From positions 1-58,074 of the IMG/VR virus record IMGVR_UViG_3300020727_000860: a stretch of 58,074 nucleotides of DNA; one strand, 5' to 3'. Positions 18,769-29,064 of the stretch are shown piece by piece. This DNA is from a virus. Taxonomy: Duplodnaviria; Caudoviricetes. How positions within the stretch are numbered: the stretch's first letter is position 1; each line of letters opens with the position of its first letter. A program made the position numbers and the translations under genes. The notes under the pieces were generated by a model. The model was not told the DNA's origin, did not search any database, and saw only the letters and a program-made list of their open reading frames with translations.

Positions 18769-21358
18769 CTAATTGATTTATTTTTACATATTCGTTCTGA
18801 ATATCCTTTATTGATATAAATAAAACACCTTTATCAATTAATTCTTGATTATTTCTCTTAATATCCTCAAAGAAGTTCCAAGCTAATACAATAATAACTT
18901 TCGGTAAATTTTCAAAAGCATATTCTTTACTTTGTATAGGTATATTCACACCAGGTATAATTTTTCCTACTTTTAATTTATTATCCTCAATAGTATAATC
19001 AATAAATGAGTTATCAATACCAAAATAGTTTAAAGCAGTTGTAGCTTTTGCTGGTGAACCATAAGCAGCGATTCTACCAAATTTAGATTTTAATAAACTT
19101 GCGTTTTTCACAACATTATTCTTTATTGAGTGTAATCTTTTAGAGAATAGTTTATAAGTTTCATTTTTTGATATACCAAAATCTGCCTCTCTTAACAAGA
19201 ATTCCTGAACACTATTATCGGTGTTTTTTTGTTGTAAATCCATGTTTCTTCTTACATAAACTCTAATGGAACCACCATGTGTATTAATATGTTCAACTTT
19301 GTATAAACATAAATTCAAATTATTAAAGAAATTATTTAATGAAGTTACAGACCAATAATTTACATGCTCATGGTAAATATTATCAAAAGTCATGTCCTTA
19401 ATAGTATCTAACAAATATTGAACTTCAATAATAAAAGAACCATTATCTTTTAATAATTCAAAAGATTGATTAGCTATGTTCACAAGTTCATCAGAGTGAG
19501 CGAAAACATTAGAAGCGGTTATTATATCAGCTTTTCCCTTAGTACTTAATATTTTTGAAACAACATCTTCATTAAAATAAGAATTAATTGTTTCCACACC
19601 ATTATCATTAGCAATCTTAGCGACATTTTTAGCTGGCTCAACTCCAATTACTCTAACTCCTCTATCTTGTAAAGGCTTTAAGAATACTCCATCGTTACTA
19701 CCAATATCAACTACCAAAGAACCACTATCTAAATTAAATTGTTTTATGTAATTATCAGCAGCTTCCTCGAAATGCTTTCTAAATGATGCAGCTGTTGATG
19801 AAACGTATAAATAATTGTCAAACATTTTAGTAGGTGGTACTACATAAGAAAGTTGTACATTTTGACATTTTTGACAACGTTTAATTTCTAAAGGATACAT
19901 TTCAGTTTTTTCCTCTAAATTGTCTAATAAATTATTAGCTAAAGGTGACATACCTAAAGAGACTATATCAACTAAATCATCACTACCACAAGATCTGCAA
20001 TTTGTTTTATAATTATCAATTAAGCTTTTTCTAAAATCTTCATCAACTAATACATAAGGTATAGTATGTGTGATGCCATAATTTTCATGCTCTCTTTCTC
20101 CTCTCACTAAATTTAAGAAAATAGAATCTTCTAAAAACACCATAGTATGTGCTACATTTGGACGAATTACAGCTATGTCACCAGCTTTAATAATTCGTGT
20201 TTCTAATTTAGCATTAGGATCAGCAAGATCTTTTATAACACTAATGTATTTACCCTTAACCAATAAACACTTCTGCTCTTGTATTGGGTGATAATGGTTA
20301 GCTCTTACCGTACCTGATTTAGATTCAATATAACCGATTAAATTAATTGGTTCGGTTAACTCATAGTTAGAGATTTTACCTCTACTATCAATATATTCCT
20401 TACCACCTTTTTGAATATATTCGAGAGCATCTGGTTGTTCCTTTTCACTCCAATTTCTAATCATTTCTTCTATCGAACTTTCGATGTTATATAAAAATTT
20501 AAATCCAGTAGAAAGTAATTTCTGATTCGATAATGTATATCCAAGATTAGGTATTTCATCATTTGTTTCAATTATATTAACACTTGGATTATAGTTTTTA
20601 CATATTTCAGCCACATTTTTAATAGTCATATTTTCATTTGTTAAATGAAATGTTTCTCTACTAATATTTGAATCACCTAAGAACTTCATTGCTCTAACCA
20701 CATCTATTAAATTAACTAAACTTTTATACTGAACACCACCAGAAAAGAGACTGATAGTTCCATTTTGTGATGCAATTTTAGAGAATAGATTAGGCATAAT
20801 ATTAATTCTCATAGTATCTGTTGAATATCCATAAACAGATCCAAGTCTAACTATTACATAGTTTAAATTAGACTCTTTTAAGTCCATTTCTGACTGGACT
20901 TTACCATTTGAATATGTAAGAACTGGACAAGTTGGTTCGTCTTCTTTTATATCAAATTTAGTTTCACTAAATCCTTCATAAACAACGTGTGTAGATGGAA
21001 ATACAATTTTACAATTATCAGGGATGTATTTTATTACATTTCTAGTACCATCAATTCCGTAAGCTTTTATTTCATTATCTTTTTCTACATTTAATTGAGT
21101 TTTAGTATACGCAACATCAGTAACACCAGCAAGGTGATAAACTAAAGTAGCATCCTCTAAAATTTGACTCATTAACTTCTCATCTAAGATACTACCTTGA
21201 ATAAAAGTCATTCCCCAATCAGTAATTTGTTTAACTCTTTCTGAAACAAATCTTGAGTCCATGACAACTATGTTTTTAAATCTAGCTTCTCCTGAATAAA
21301 TTTTACACAACTCGGTTCCTATATAACCAAGACCACCTGTGATAACTATTTTTTCCAT
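18743..21358 (-). CDS. Fusion: NAD-dependent epimerase + cupin + NDP-sugar C-methyltransferase
   Basis: ITGGLGYIG; RANHYH..AH cupin; CRSC/CQKC zinc site, VDIGSNDG, FDNIYHEH, THGGSIR, YGSPAKA. Confidence 0.85.
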   Translation of the reverse strand: MEKIVITGGLGYIGTELCKIYSGEARFKNIVVMDSRFVSERVKQITDWGMTFIQGSILDEKLMSQILEDATLVYHLAGVTDVAYTKTQLNVEKDNEIKAYGIDGTRNVIKYIPDNCKIVFPSTHVVYEGFSETKFDIKEDEPTCPVLTYSNGKVQSEMDLKESNLNYVIVRLGSVYGYSTDTMRINIMPNLFSKIASQNGTISLFSGGVQYKSLVNLIDVVRAMKFLGDSNISRETFHLTNENMTIKNVAEICKNYNPSVNIIETNDEIPNLGYTLSNQKLLSTGFKFLYNIESSIEEMIRNWSEKEQPDALEYIQKGGKEYIDSRGKISNYELTEPINLIGYIESKSGTVRANHYHPIQEQKCLLVKGKYISVIKDLADPNAKLETRIIKAGDIAVIRPNVAHTMVFLEDSIFLNLVRGEREHENYGITHTIPYVLVDEDFRKSLIDNYKTNCRSCGSDDLVDIVSLGMSPLANNLLDNLEEKTEMYPLEIKRCQKCQNVQLSYVVPPTKMFDNYLYVSSTAASFRKHFEEAADNYIKQFNLDSGSLVVDIGSNDGVFLKPLQDRGVRVIGVEPAKNVAKIANDNGVETINSYFNEDVVSKILSTKGKADIITASNVFAHSDELVNIANQSFELLKDNGSFIIEVQYLLDTIKDMTFDNIYHEHVNYWSVTSLNNFFNNLNLCLYKVEHINTHGGSIRVYVRRNMDLQQKNTDNSVQEFLLREADFGISKNETYKLFSKRLHSIKNNVVKNASLLKSKFGRIAAYGSPAKATTALNYFGIDNSFIDYTIEDNKLKVGKIIPGVNIPIQSKEYAFENLPKVIIVLAWNFFEDIKRNNQELIDKGVLFISIKDIQNEYVKINQLDGESLLNS

Positions 21359-21402
21359 TTATATTATCTTTTTTTTATTTTATGAAAATTATTTCTTTTA
21401 GT

Positions 21403-22050
21403 TTAGTAAGTCATATTATATTTACTCCACTTTCCATGAAATCCAAAAGGCACTATACCTTGTGTCTCAGGCATTTCAGCTTCATGTGAGAAGTATTTAG
21501 CCACATCAATTGGTGCAAAATTACAACCATGACTCTCAAAAATGTGTCTATTGTGAACAGAAAAAAATCCGTCCTCATTAAAATATCCAAAGTAAGACTT
21601 CCATTCTAAATTTAATATTGAAGGCAATGATATTAGCTTTTTACTTCTGAAGGAAAATCCACCATTACCAACTCTAATTATGTTATTAAATGGATCTCTA
21701 CAACTAAAACTGTCAGTTGGCATATCCCAAGGAGCACCTATATAATCATACTTAAAGAAGTCATCTCTCCATTGTGTTGGATTAATAACATATCCATCAT
21801 CTTGAATAATCAATAGATAGTCAGTTTCTATATACTTATGTAGTTCATAGACAATAAATTTATTATATTGTTCATAATCAAGATTATTAATTTTAATAGT
21901 CTTTACTTTATCATCAAAAATATCTTGTGATGTAATTAACTTAGCATCATAAAAATCAATTCCAGACATTGATTTTTTAATAGCATTTAAAGTTTCAATA
22001 ACTCTAACACAAGCTACTGAAACAATTGTTGTATTTTTTAAATCTACCAT
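21403..22050 (-). CDS. DUF5672 family putative glycosyltransferase
   Basis: QDDGYVINP, YDYIGAPW, VGNGGFSFRSK, PFGFHG; paralogue of 10134-10838. Confidence 0.8.
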   Translation of the reverse strand: MVDLKNTTIVSVACVRVIETLNAIKKSMSGIDFYDAKLITSQDIFDDKVKTIKINNLDYEQYNKFIVYELHKYIETDYLLIIQDDGYVINPTQWRDDFFKYDYIGAPWDMPTDSFSCRDPFNNIIRVGNGGFSFRSKKLISLPSILNLEWKSYFGYFNEDGFFSVHNRHIFESHGCNFAPIDVAKYFSHEAEMPETQGIVPFGFHGKWSKYNMTY

Positions 22051-22051
22051 A

Positions 22052-22663
22052 TTATTTTATAATTTGAATATTACCATCATTATAGTAATTTATTAATCCT
22101 GTTCCCCAAGTGTGTCCTATATCAGTTATATCATATTTCTCAACATTAATAGAGTTCCACCATGTCTCCATCATTGGTGACCAAGGTAGATGTATATCAT
22201 CACAAAGAACATATCCTTTATAACCAATTCTTGTTAACATATCGGTAAACTTCCACTCTTGTGTAGCGTCATGTGCAATATCTAAAAATATAATTTTTGC
22301 AGAATTAATTACGTCACTTGACTCGTCATTTATATCCATCTTTTTAAATTCTAAATTTGGAAAATTTGCTGAAAATGGAAATTCCCAAATATGTTCGATA
22401 TCGTATGATATAATTTTGTTTTTAGGATTTTGTGATAAGGCGATAGCAGAATCACCCCAGTTAGTGCCAGCATCTATTATTACGATATCATCAAATAACA
22501 TAGTTAAATAAGTTAGTAACTTATAGTGTTCTCCTCCTGAATTTGATCGTTTGTCAGAAAAGTGATGTGTGTCATCCAGAGGATTTGGATATCCTGGAAA
22601 ATCATAGTTTTTCATGTAGCTATGTGTGCTAATCTCACGTATTTTTTTATAATCAATAATCAT
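22052..22663 (-). CDS. putative class I methyltransferase
   Basis: IIDAGTNWGDSA, ISYDI, FLDIAHD, LCDDI. Confidence 0.6.
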   Translation of the reverse strand: MIIDYKKIREISTHSYMKNYDFPGYPNPLDDTHHFSDKRSNSGGEHYKLLTYLTMLFDDIVIIDAGTNWGDSAIALSQNPKNKIISYDIEHIWEFPFSANFPNLEFKKMDINDESSDVINSAKIIFLDIAHDATQEWKFTDMLTRIGYKGYVLCDDIHLPWSPMMETWWNSINVEKYDITDIGHTWGTGLINYYNDGNIQIIK

Positions 22664-22681
22664 AAATTTATTTTATTTTTT

Positions 22682-23659
22682 TTAAAGTTGTGACTCAACC
22701 TCTTTTATTATTTTATCATATAATATTTTTATATCTAATTTATCCATATCAAGTTTTAGTGCTTCTTTATATAAATGTTCATTATTATTTAATAATTCCT
22801 CAGTAACTTCATCGAAACTATCGACCATCAATACCGGGAAATCTTCAAATATTTTTTCTAAAAATTTAGATCGTATCACCACTGGAACTCTCCTCATGTA
22901 TAAAACTTCCCAATCACGATGACATTCACATCCAATTGCATTACCATCTGGACATATTACAAATTTGTGATCTTTAATTTCACGTAAATAATTAATATAT
23001 TCATTCGGACTCTGACCACCTGGACTCTTAATAGTAGCCCATGGTTTATTAAAAAAGTGTTGATTAATTTTTATCCTATTTGGATTGTGTCCTACATTAT
23101 GATTCATATAAAGAAGTTTGGTAGGTTGATATTCGTTATTTATACTATTTAATAATATAGAATGTCTATCATCCCAGAACCATAATTTTCTTTGTATACC
23201 ATAAGGAACTGGCTTAACTTTTCCACCGAATGATATCGCATTTGCTGCGTAAATTGAGATTACATTTTCAGGTATTTTGTCAAAAATCTCATCATCGATA
23301 GGAGTATCATCAAAATATGAAAATATAACAAATTTCATATCTGTTAATTGTGAACATAATTTTAATAAATCATTTTGACTAAAATATTCCTTAACTACCT
23401 TATCTTTATAGTCTCTAGATTCTTTATTTACTAATTCAACCGCTGAATACTTAATCCCTGGTCTATTATACAATCTAATACTATCAATAAACAGTGTCAT
23501 GTATGACTTTTTACCAACAAGACTTCTATACTTGTTAATAAACTCATAATTATTGATATTAGCAGGTTTCATATATCCACCATAGAGTTCTAATCCCGCA
23601 TGGTCACCAAATGAATAGTCACAAATATCTCTTATATATGTTGGGTCTAATAAATACAT
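22682..23659 (-). CDS. exostosin-like (GT47-related) glycosyltransferase
   Basis: KFVICPDGN...CHRDWEVLY...VPVV. Confidence 0.65.
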   Translation of the reverse strand: MYLLDPTYIRDICDYSFGDHAGLELYGGYMKPANINNYEFINKYRSLVGKKSYMTLFIDSIRLYNRPGIKYSAVELVNKESRDYKDKVVKEYFSQNDLLKLCSQLTDMKFVIFSYFDDTPIDDEIFDKIPENVISIYAANAISFGGKVKPVPYGIQRKLWFWDDRHSILLNSINNEYQPTKLLYMNHNVGHNPNRIKINQHFFNKPWATIKSPGGQSPNEYINYLREIKDHKFVICPDGNAIGCECHRDWEVLYMRRVPVVIRSKFLEKIFEDFPVLMVDSFDEVTEELLNNNEHLYKEALKLDMDKLDIKILYDKIIKEVESQL

Positions 23660-23662
23660 TTT

Positions 23663-24568
23663 TTAAACTTTTTTTATTAAATATGGAAATTTATTTTTAA
23701 TCAATTCTACCATTCTATCTGGACACTCACTCATATCTGTGATTTTCATATTCTCATAATAGAATTCCTGTATTGGATTGTGATAAGTGTTATTTCCTCT
23801 TCCGAATGGATCTTGATTTTGCTTCATTTTGAAGTCTATTTGGTTCAAAACCCACGGATTGTTGAATTCTTGATGTGAATAACTTATGATTTTATTTTTA
23901 ACTCTCTCAGCACCACCTACAAAACTGAAATGCCATCCAGCATCATATATAAAGTCATATCTCTTACTCTCATTTCTTAAATGTGTTAATGAAACATCCT
24001 TAATATCTTTATATTCTACTACATAAGCACCATACCAATTTGTGTGAGCTACCACATTAACATAGTAGTAGTAACAATTTTGTAATAAACACTTTTTTGT
24101 AAGTCTGTTTTCCTTTATATTTTTTACAACTTCTGGGTTTGATATTTCATCTAAATCTGATACCATAATTAAATCATCGTCTTGACAATCTATTAATCCT
24201 AATTTAATATATTCTCTTTGTAAGTAATCTCTACAAAAGTTTGGCCATTTCTTTAAATCATTTTCATTTTCTTCTTTATCATAAATATCAGATATAAGAT
24301 TATATTGTTGACTATATTTGTCATCACTTTGTCTTTTCTTGAAATGTAAAATATCTTCAGGATATTCTTCTTTTATATGAATTATTTTATCCATATATTT
24401 TTCAAATAAGTGTTTATTCTCTTCAAAATAGTACGGTTTATCTAAATTAGAATGTGTCCTATTTGTTTCACTGATCACAAAGTAATCAACATAATCATAC
24501 AAAGTATCTAGTCTAATTTCTAATACATCAAATTCATTAAAGAATTGAAAGCAATCATATATTTTCAT
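23663..24568 (-). CDS. GT17 family (beta-1,4-GlcNAc transferase-like) glycosyltransferase
   Basis: YDCFQFFNEFDVLEIRL, SDLDEI, GWHFSF, YSHQE. Confidence 0.85.
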   Translation of the reverse strand: MKIYDCFQFFNEFDVLEIRLDTLYDYVDYFVISETNRTHSNLDKPYYFEENKHLFEKYMDKIIHIKEEYPEDILHFKKRQSDDKYSQQYNLISDIYDKEENENDLKKWPNFCRDYLQREYIKLGLIDCQDDDLIMVSDLDEISNPEVVKNIKENRLTKKCLLQNCYYYYVNVVAHTNWYGAYVVEYKDIKDVSLTHLRNESKRYDFIYDAGWHFSFVGGAERVKNKIISYSHQEFNNPWVLNQIDFKMKQNQDPFGRGNNTYHNPIQEFYYENMKITDMSECPDRMVELIKNKFPYLIKKV

Positions 24569-24569
24569 A

Positions 24570-25301
24570 TTAATTTATTAAATTTTTTATAGTATCGGCT
24601 ACTTCAAAATTACACATCCAAATAGTATAAAGAGCTCTTTCTATCATTTGTCCTTCCCCAGATACTCTGTGATGATCGGTAATGGTTCTAAGATTTTGAT
24701 AAAATATCTTATCATATTTTAGAATATGATCCTTTGGAACAACATAATTTCCACCAGGAGGAAACCTGACATATCTTGGTAACACAGGATCTTTAAAACA
24801 ATATTTTAAAAAATCATTATAGTTTCTAAAATATTTTGTTGGGTGTTTAGGATGATTTAAATACCAACTATCATTTATTTCCATCCAACCACCATCACAT
24901 GAAAACATTGTATAACCATTTAATAAAGCTGGATTATTAGCATGTTCTCTCCAGTCTTCTATAGTCGTAAATGTTTTATTGTTTATTACTCTATCAAAAT
25001 ATTCCTGACTCACATGTCGACCAATAGTGTTGCCTTTTATGAATACAGTTACATCTGGTAAGTTATCATAATGGTCTATAATAAATGTCATATAATCACT
25101 TATATTATACCCAGTTGGTGATCCATTTGTTACATTATATTCTGGATACCTTTCTTTTAAATTAGAAGGAGGTAGCATTACGGACTCATCATTATCTATA
25201 AATCCACCATTCCAAGCTTTATCATATATCAAATGTGGATTGGGATAATTTTTGACCCAATCTAAGTCATTATTATAACTAGATATACAAAAAAAATTCA
25301 T
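24570..25301 (-). CDS. DUF3431-like protein
   Basis: FIIDHYDNLPDVTVF, F.PGGNY.V, IERAL..IW. Confidence 0.65.
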   Translation of the reverse strand: MNFFCISSYNNDLDWVKNYPNPHLIYDKAWNGGFIDNDESVMLPPSNLKERYPEYNVTNGSPTGYNISDYMTFIIDHYDNLPDVTVFIKGNTIGRHVSQEYFDRVINNKTFTTIEDWREHANNPALLNGYTMFSCDGGWMEINDSWYLNHPKHPTKYFRNYNDFLKYCFKDPVLPRYVRFPPGGNYVVPKDHILKYDKIFYQNLRTITDHHRVSGEGQMIERALYTIWMCNFEVADTIKNLIN

Positions 25302-26236
25302 ATTAAATTATTATTTTTATAGAATTCTAAAGCTTCTCTTTTACAAGTTTCGTAATCAAAAAGTTTTCCTTCCCTATCCATATAATGAAATTGACGAGAA
25401 TATGAGTCTCCCAGTGACCAATATCCATTGCTAACATTATACCTACCAAAATATTTTGGACCTATTATCAAATTTGCTCTTTGATTTAACCAACCAGCCC
25501 ACCAACTAAAACTTGAGTTTGTTATTATTAAATATTTTGATTTGTTAACCATATAAAAGTCAAATCCAATATCTATGTGGTAACAAGGAACACCAGGTAT
25601 ATAAGCATTTGCACATGGTGGATCATCTGTTATGATAATAAATTTCATATTTGGATTAATACTTCTCATATATGACATAGCATTTTTCCAGTATTCTGGA
25701 TTTGGTATTAAATTCGGAACAGATCTAAATTCACCACCTCTAAAGTTAATAACACACATATTATCATCAAGTGATATACCCATTTGATCCATTTTTGATA
25801 AATATTGATTTTCATAATCTTGATTAATAGAAAACCAATTTAAAATATCTTCTCTTCTTTCGACTAAATAATCTTCAGATTGTGATATGATATGCACCAT
25901 TGTATTATCTTGGATATTGAATACTTCTGGATCATACATATTAATACAACAAGAATCATCATTATAAACATGTGTTTTATTTTTATCAGAATATCTATGT
26001 TCAATACCTTCATAAATATTTAAACCATCTGGATATTTTCCGACTATGTTTAAACTTTTCCCATAATCTACATTCATAAAATACATTTGGTTAGCACCTC
26101 TGTAATAATCATGTGTTGGATGTGGAGGTATACCCCAGTCAAAACCCTTTTTTTCAGCAGTCAATCTAGCAATCACATAATTCCACATGTGATTACCAAG
26201 ATTTCCTGTTAAATTAGCTGTTATCATATCATTCAT
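25298..26236 (-). CDS. GT11 fucosyltransferase-like protein
   Basis: GNLGNHMWNY, NFRGGEF, NSSFSWWAGWL. Confidence 0.8.
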   Translation of the reverse strand: MNDMITANLTGNLGNHMWNYVIARLTAEKKGFDWGIPPHPTHDYYRGANQMYFMNVDYGKSLNIVGKYPDGLNIYEGIEHRYSDKNKTHVYNDDSCCINMYDPEVFNIQDNTMVHIISQSEDYLVERREDILNWFSINQDYENQYLSKMDQMGISLDDNMCVINFRGGEFRSVPNLIPNPEYWKNAMSYMRSINPNMKFIIITDDPPCANAYIPGVPCYHIDIGFDFYMVNKSKYLIITNSSFSWWAGWLNQRANLIIGPKYFGRYNVSNGYWSLGDSYSRQFHYMDREGKLFDYETCKREALEFYKNNNLI

Positions 26237-26930
26237 TATATTTATTAACTACATATCTAAACTCTCTTAATTTTAGTTCTTCGGTTATAGTTGAACTAAC
26301 TCTAGTAGAATTATCTTCTCTATTTACAACAGTGATTGCATTGCAAATTCCTGGTAATCCATATTTATCAAATAACATCCTATAATAATCACAATCTACT
26401 AACCAATTTAAATTTTCATCAAATGGTATAACATTTTCATTTTTAAACATCAATACACTTGGTGAACTAATTGTGTTATTACCATATTGTATTTGTTCGT
26501 TATACACTGGATAAAATTCTCTGTAGAAATTATAACCATCAACAGTGTGACAACAAGCAGTAACCAACCAATAGATATTACTGTTTATGAAATTAAAAAC
26601 CATAGTTTCTAGTGATTTCTCATTAAATAAAAAATCATCTTGACATAGAGTTTTAATGATGTTTCCTTTAGCATTTCTTATAGCATTATTCATATTACTT
26701 GGAAACATACCTCGATTATTTTCGTTGTAGATATGAGTTATATTCAATCTATCTTGCCAAGATTTACAAATATTTTCAACATCATTTGATACACTATGAT
26801 CTGAAACTATCACTTCAAAATTTCTATAAGTTTGTATTGACATTTTATGAAAAGAAAAATTAAGAAACTCAGCTCCCTTTCCTTTCATCTCATAAGCTGG
26901 TATACAAATGCTAACTAATGGATTTAACAT
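26229..26930 (-). CDS. GT2 family glycosyltransferase
   Basis: LVSICIPAY, FEVIVSDHS, LCQDDF. Confidence 0.85.
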   Translation of the reverse strand: MLNPLVSICIPAYEMKGKGAEFLNFSFHKMSIQTYRNFEVIVSDHSVSNDVENICKSWQDRLNITHIYNENNRGMFPSNMNNAIRNAKGNIIKTLCQDDFLFNEKSLETMVFNFINSNIYWLVTACCHTVDGYNFYREFYPVYNEQIQYGNNTISSPSVLMFKNENVIPFDENLNWLVDCDYYRMLFDKYGLPGICNAITVVNREDNSTRVSSTITEELKLREFRYVVNKYNE

Positions 26931-26931
26931 A

Positions 26932-28236
26932 TTAATATATTTTAAATTCTGGTAAAAATGTTATAAACTTACCATTGAAATCAGAAAGACTTTCCATAAT
27001 ATAATCTGCAAAGTTATGAGTCAATATTATTAGATAATCTACGTGATTATTTTTTAAATAATCACGACTAACTATTTCTATTCCGGTTCCCGGCATAAAT
27101 TTACCTTGCTTAAGGTCTGTATCATCGACTATAAAATCTATCTCATTATATGTTAATCCAATAGAATTTAAGAAAATACATCCTTTAGCAGCAGCTCCAA
27201 ATCCGGCTATTTTTTTACCGTTGGATTTTAAATCCAATATAATTTTTTTATAATTTTCTAAATTGTTTTTAACTTTTAATCCCCAATTTTTATAATACTC
27301 TATATCATATTTTGACTCTTTATCTAAATATTTTTCTAAAGAATCGTCTGATGGTAGTTCAGATGAATCTTTTGTTATTGATAATCTAACTGTACCACCA
27401 TGTATTTTTTGATCCTGAACTTTTATTATTTTTAGATGATGTTTTTTCATCATCAAGTTTAATGGTGTTAGAGAATAATAGTAAACATGCTCATGATAAA
27501 TTTGATCGAATTGAAATGTTTCTAAATCATGTATCCAATAAGGAAACTCTAAAATCCAAACACCATTTTCATCTAAAAGATGATAAACACCATTCACGAA
27601 TGAATTAATATCTTTTAGATGTTGGAATACATTTGTAGAAACAATAACCTTAGCTTTCTTTTTTATAGACAATGAGACATCATACGAGAAAAATTCTGTT
27701 AGTGTTGTTATTCCTTTTGATAAGGATAATTCTCTGAGGTTAGATGATGGATCAATATTTAATAAATCTAATTTATTTTGACTAACACTTTTAAAAGCAT
27801 CTAATAATGTTCCATCATTACCACCTATATCTATAATTAAATCATTGTCATTAATTTTAACAATTGAATTGATATATTCAAACATTACTTTACAATGTTG
27901 TATATAGGGTCTATTTACTTCTGATTTAAATAAGTAGTTTGAGAATAATTTTTTACCATCTACAACACAACTTAGTGAGGTTAATTTAGACTCATTGAAT
28001 AAATTAATATTCAAAGGATATCTTTCACAATTAATAGATTCTTCTCTACTATTATTTAGATTATTAACCAATGGAAAGTCACCTAAGTTAAAGTACATTA
28101 GTTTATCATCACTACCCGTAATAGGACATTTAGTTATAATTTCATAATTAATCATTAAGGATTCGTTTAATTTTTTTATTGACATTGAAACATCTTTAGG
28201 AACGTAACTTGGAGAAAAATCAGCTTCTATCATCAC
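26932..28236 (-). CDS. NDP-sugar C-methyltransferase
   Basis: IDIGGNDG, FDQIYHEH, IHGGTVR, GFGAAAKG; paralogue of the C-terminal domain of 18743-21358. Confidence 0.85.
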   Translation of the reverse strand: MMIEADFSPSYVPKDVSMSIKKLNESLMINYEIITKCPITGSDDKLMYFNLGDFPLVNNLNNSREESINCERYPLNINLFNESKLTSLSCVVDGKKLFSNYLFKSEVNRPYIQHCKVMFEYINSIVKINDNDLIIDIGGNDGTLLDAFKSVSQNKLDLLNIDPSSNLRELSLSKGITTLTEFFSYDVSLSIKKKAKVIVSTNVFQHLKDINSFVNGVYHLLDENGVWILEFPYWIHDLETFQFDQIYHEHVYYYSLTPLNLMMKKHHLKIIKVQDQKIHGGTVRLSITKDSSELPSDDSLEKYLDKESKYDIEYYKNWGLKVKNNLENYKKIILDLKSNGKKIAGFGAAAKGCIFLNSIGLTYNEIDFIVDDTDLKQGKFMPGTGIEIVSRDYLKNNHVDYLIILTHNFADYIMESLSDFNGKFITFLPEFKIY

Positions 28237-28266
28237 CCAATACTAAAACTTTTAAATTACTCATTT

Positions 28267-29013
28267 TTAAAATATTCTTTTAAATGGTTTTTTGGCAAAA
28301 ATCTCATTTGCTACTGATTTTTGTAATCCTGGATCCATAAAATGGTCATTTTGTGGATGAATTCTATAATAATAAACTGGTAAAGGATTAAATTTTATGT
28401 TTTCAAATCCAGCTATTTCCATTAAAGGAGTCATTATAGCAATATCATATGTTATTGTATAATAATTGTCATTTCTGTCCTTATAACAATCTAAATTTGG
28501 ATCTTGATTAACCAGCTCTTTATATAACTTATATTTAAAAGTTCTTATGTGAGATGCTACATAATTACCATTTCTAACATCTTTAAAATTCTCTTTTGTA
28601 TAAGGTACACAATGTCCTATACTACCATTTGGCCAAATATATTGACCATATGTTAGCAATGTATTATCGTTGTACAAATTATTCAAGATATCAATAGAAT
28701 CATTTCTAATTAAGAAGTCATCACCATCTAAGATACAAATGATATCTTCATCATTTAAATTAGATTCAACAATAGCATTGTGTATATTAGGAAGTGCAGT
28801 AATTCTTTTACTATTTCTTCTGATAAAAATTTTATCTTGACTTTGTTTAAAATAATTATCATTAATGATTTCATCTATAGTACCATCGAGAGATTCATCA
28901 TCACAAAAAACTGCAATCCAGTTTTTATTATTTTGTGATAATAGAGATTGATAACAGTCTTTTATATAAGGTCTAACATTTCTAAATGGTATGATAAATA
29001 CAAATCGATTCAT
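28267..29013 (-). CDS. GT2 family glycosyltransferase
   Basis: IIPFRN, DDESLDGT, LDGDDFL. Confidence 0.85.
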   Translation of the reverse strand: MNRFVFIIPFRNVRPYIKDCYQSLLSQNNKNWIAVFCDDESLDGTIDEIINDNYFKQSQDKIFIRRNSKRITALPNIHNAIVESNLNDEDIICILDGDDFLIRNDSIDILNNLYNDNTLLTYGQYIWPNGSIGHCVPYTKENFKDVRNGNYVASHIRTFKYKLYKELVNQDPNLDCYKDRNDNYYTITYDIAIMTPLMEIAGFENIKFNPLPVYYYRIHPQNDHFMDPGLQKSVANEIFAKKPFKRIF

Positions 29014-29022
29014 AACTTTTAT

Positions 29023-29059
29023 AAAAAAAAGAAAGAGAAAGTTTAACTTTCTCTTTCTT
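29023..29059 (-). terminator. Rho-independent terminator after clpC C-part
   Basis: 14-bp stem AAGAAAGAGAAAGT/ACTTTCTCTTTCTT with U-tract on the minus strand. Confidence 0.7.
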
Positions 29060-29064
29060 ATATT

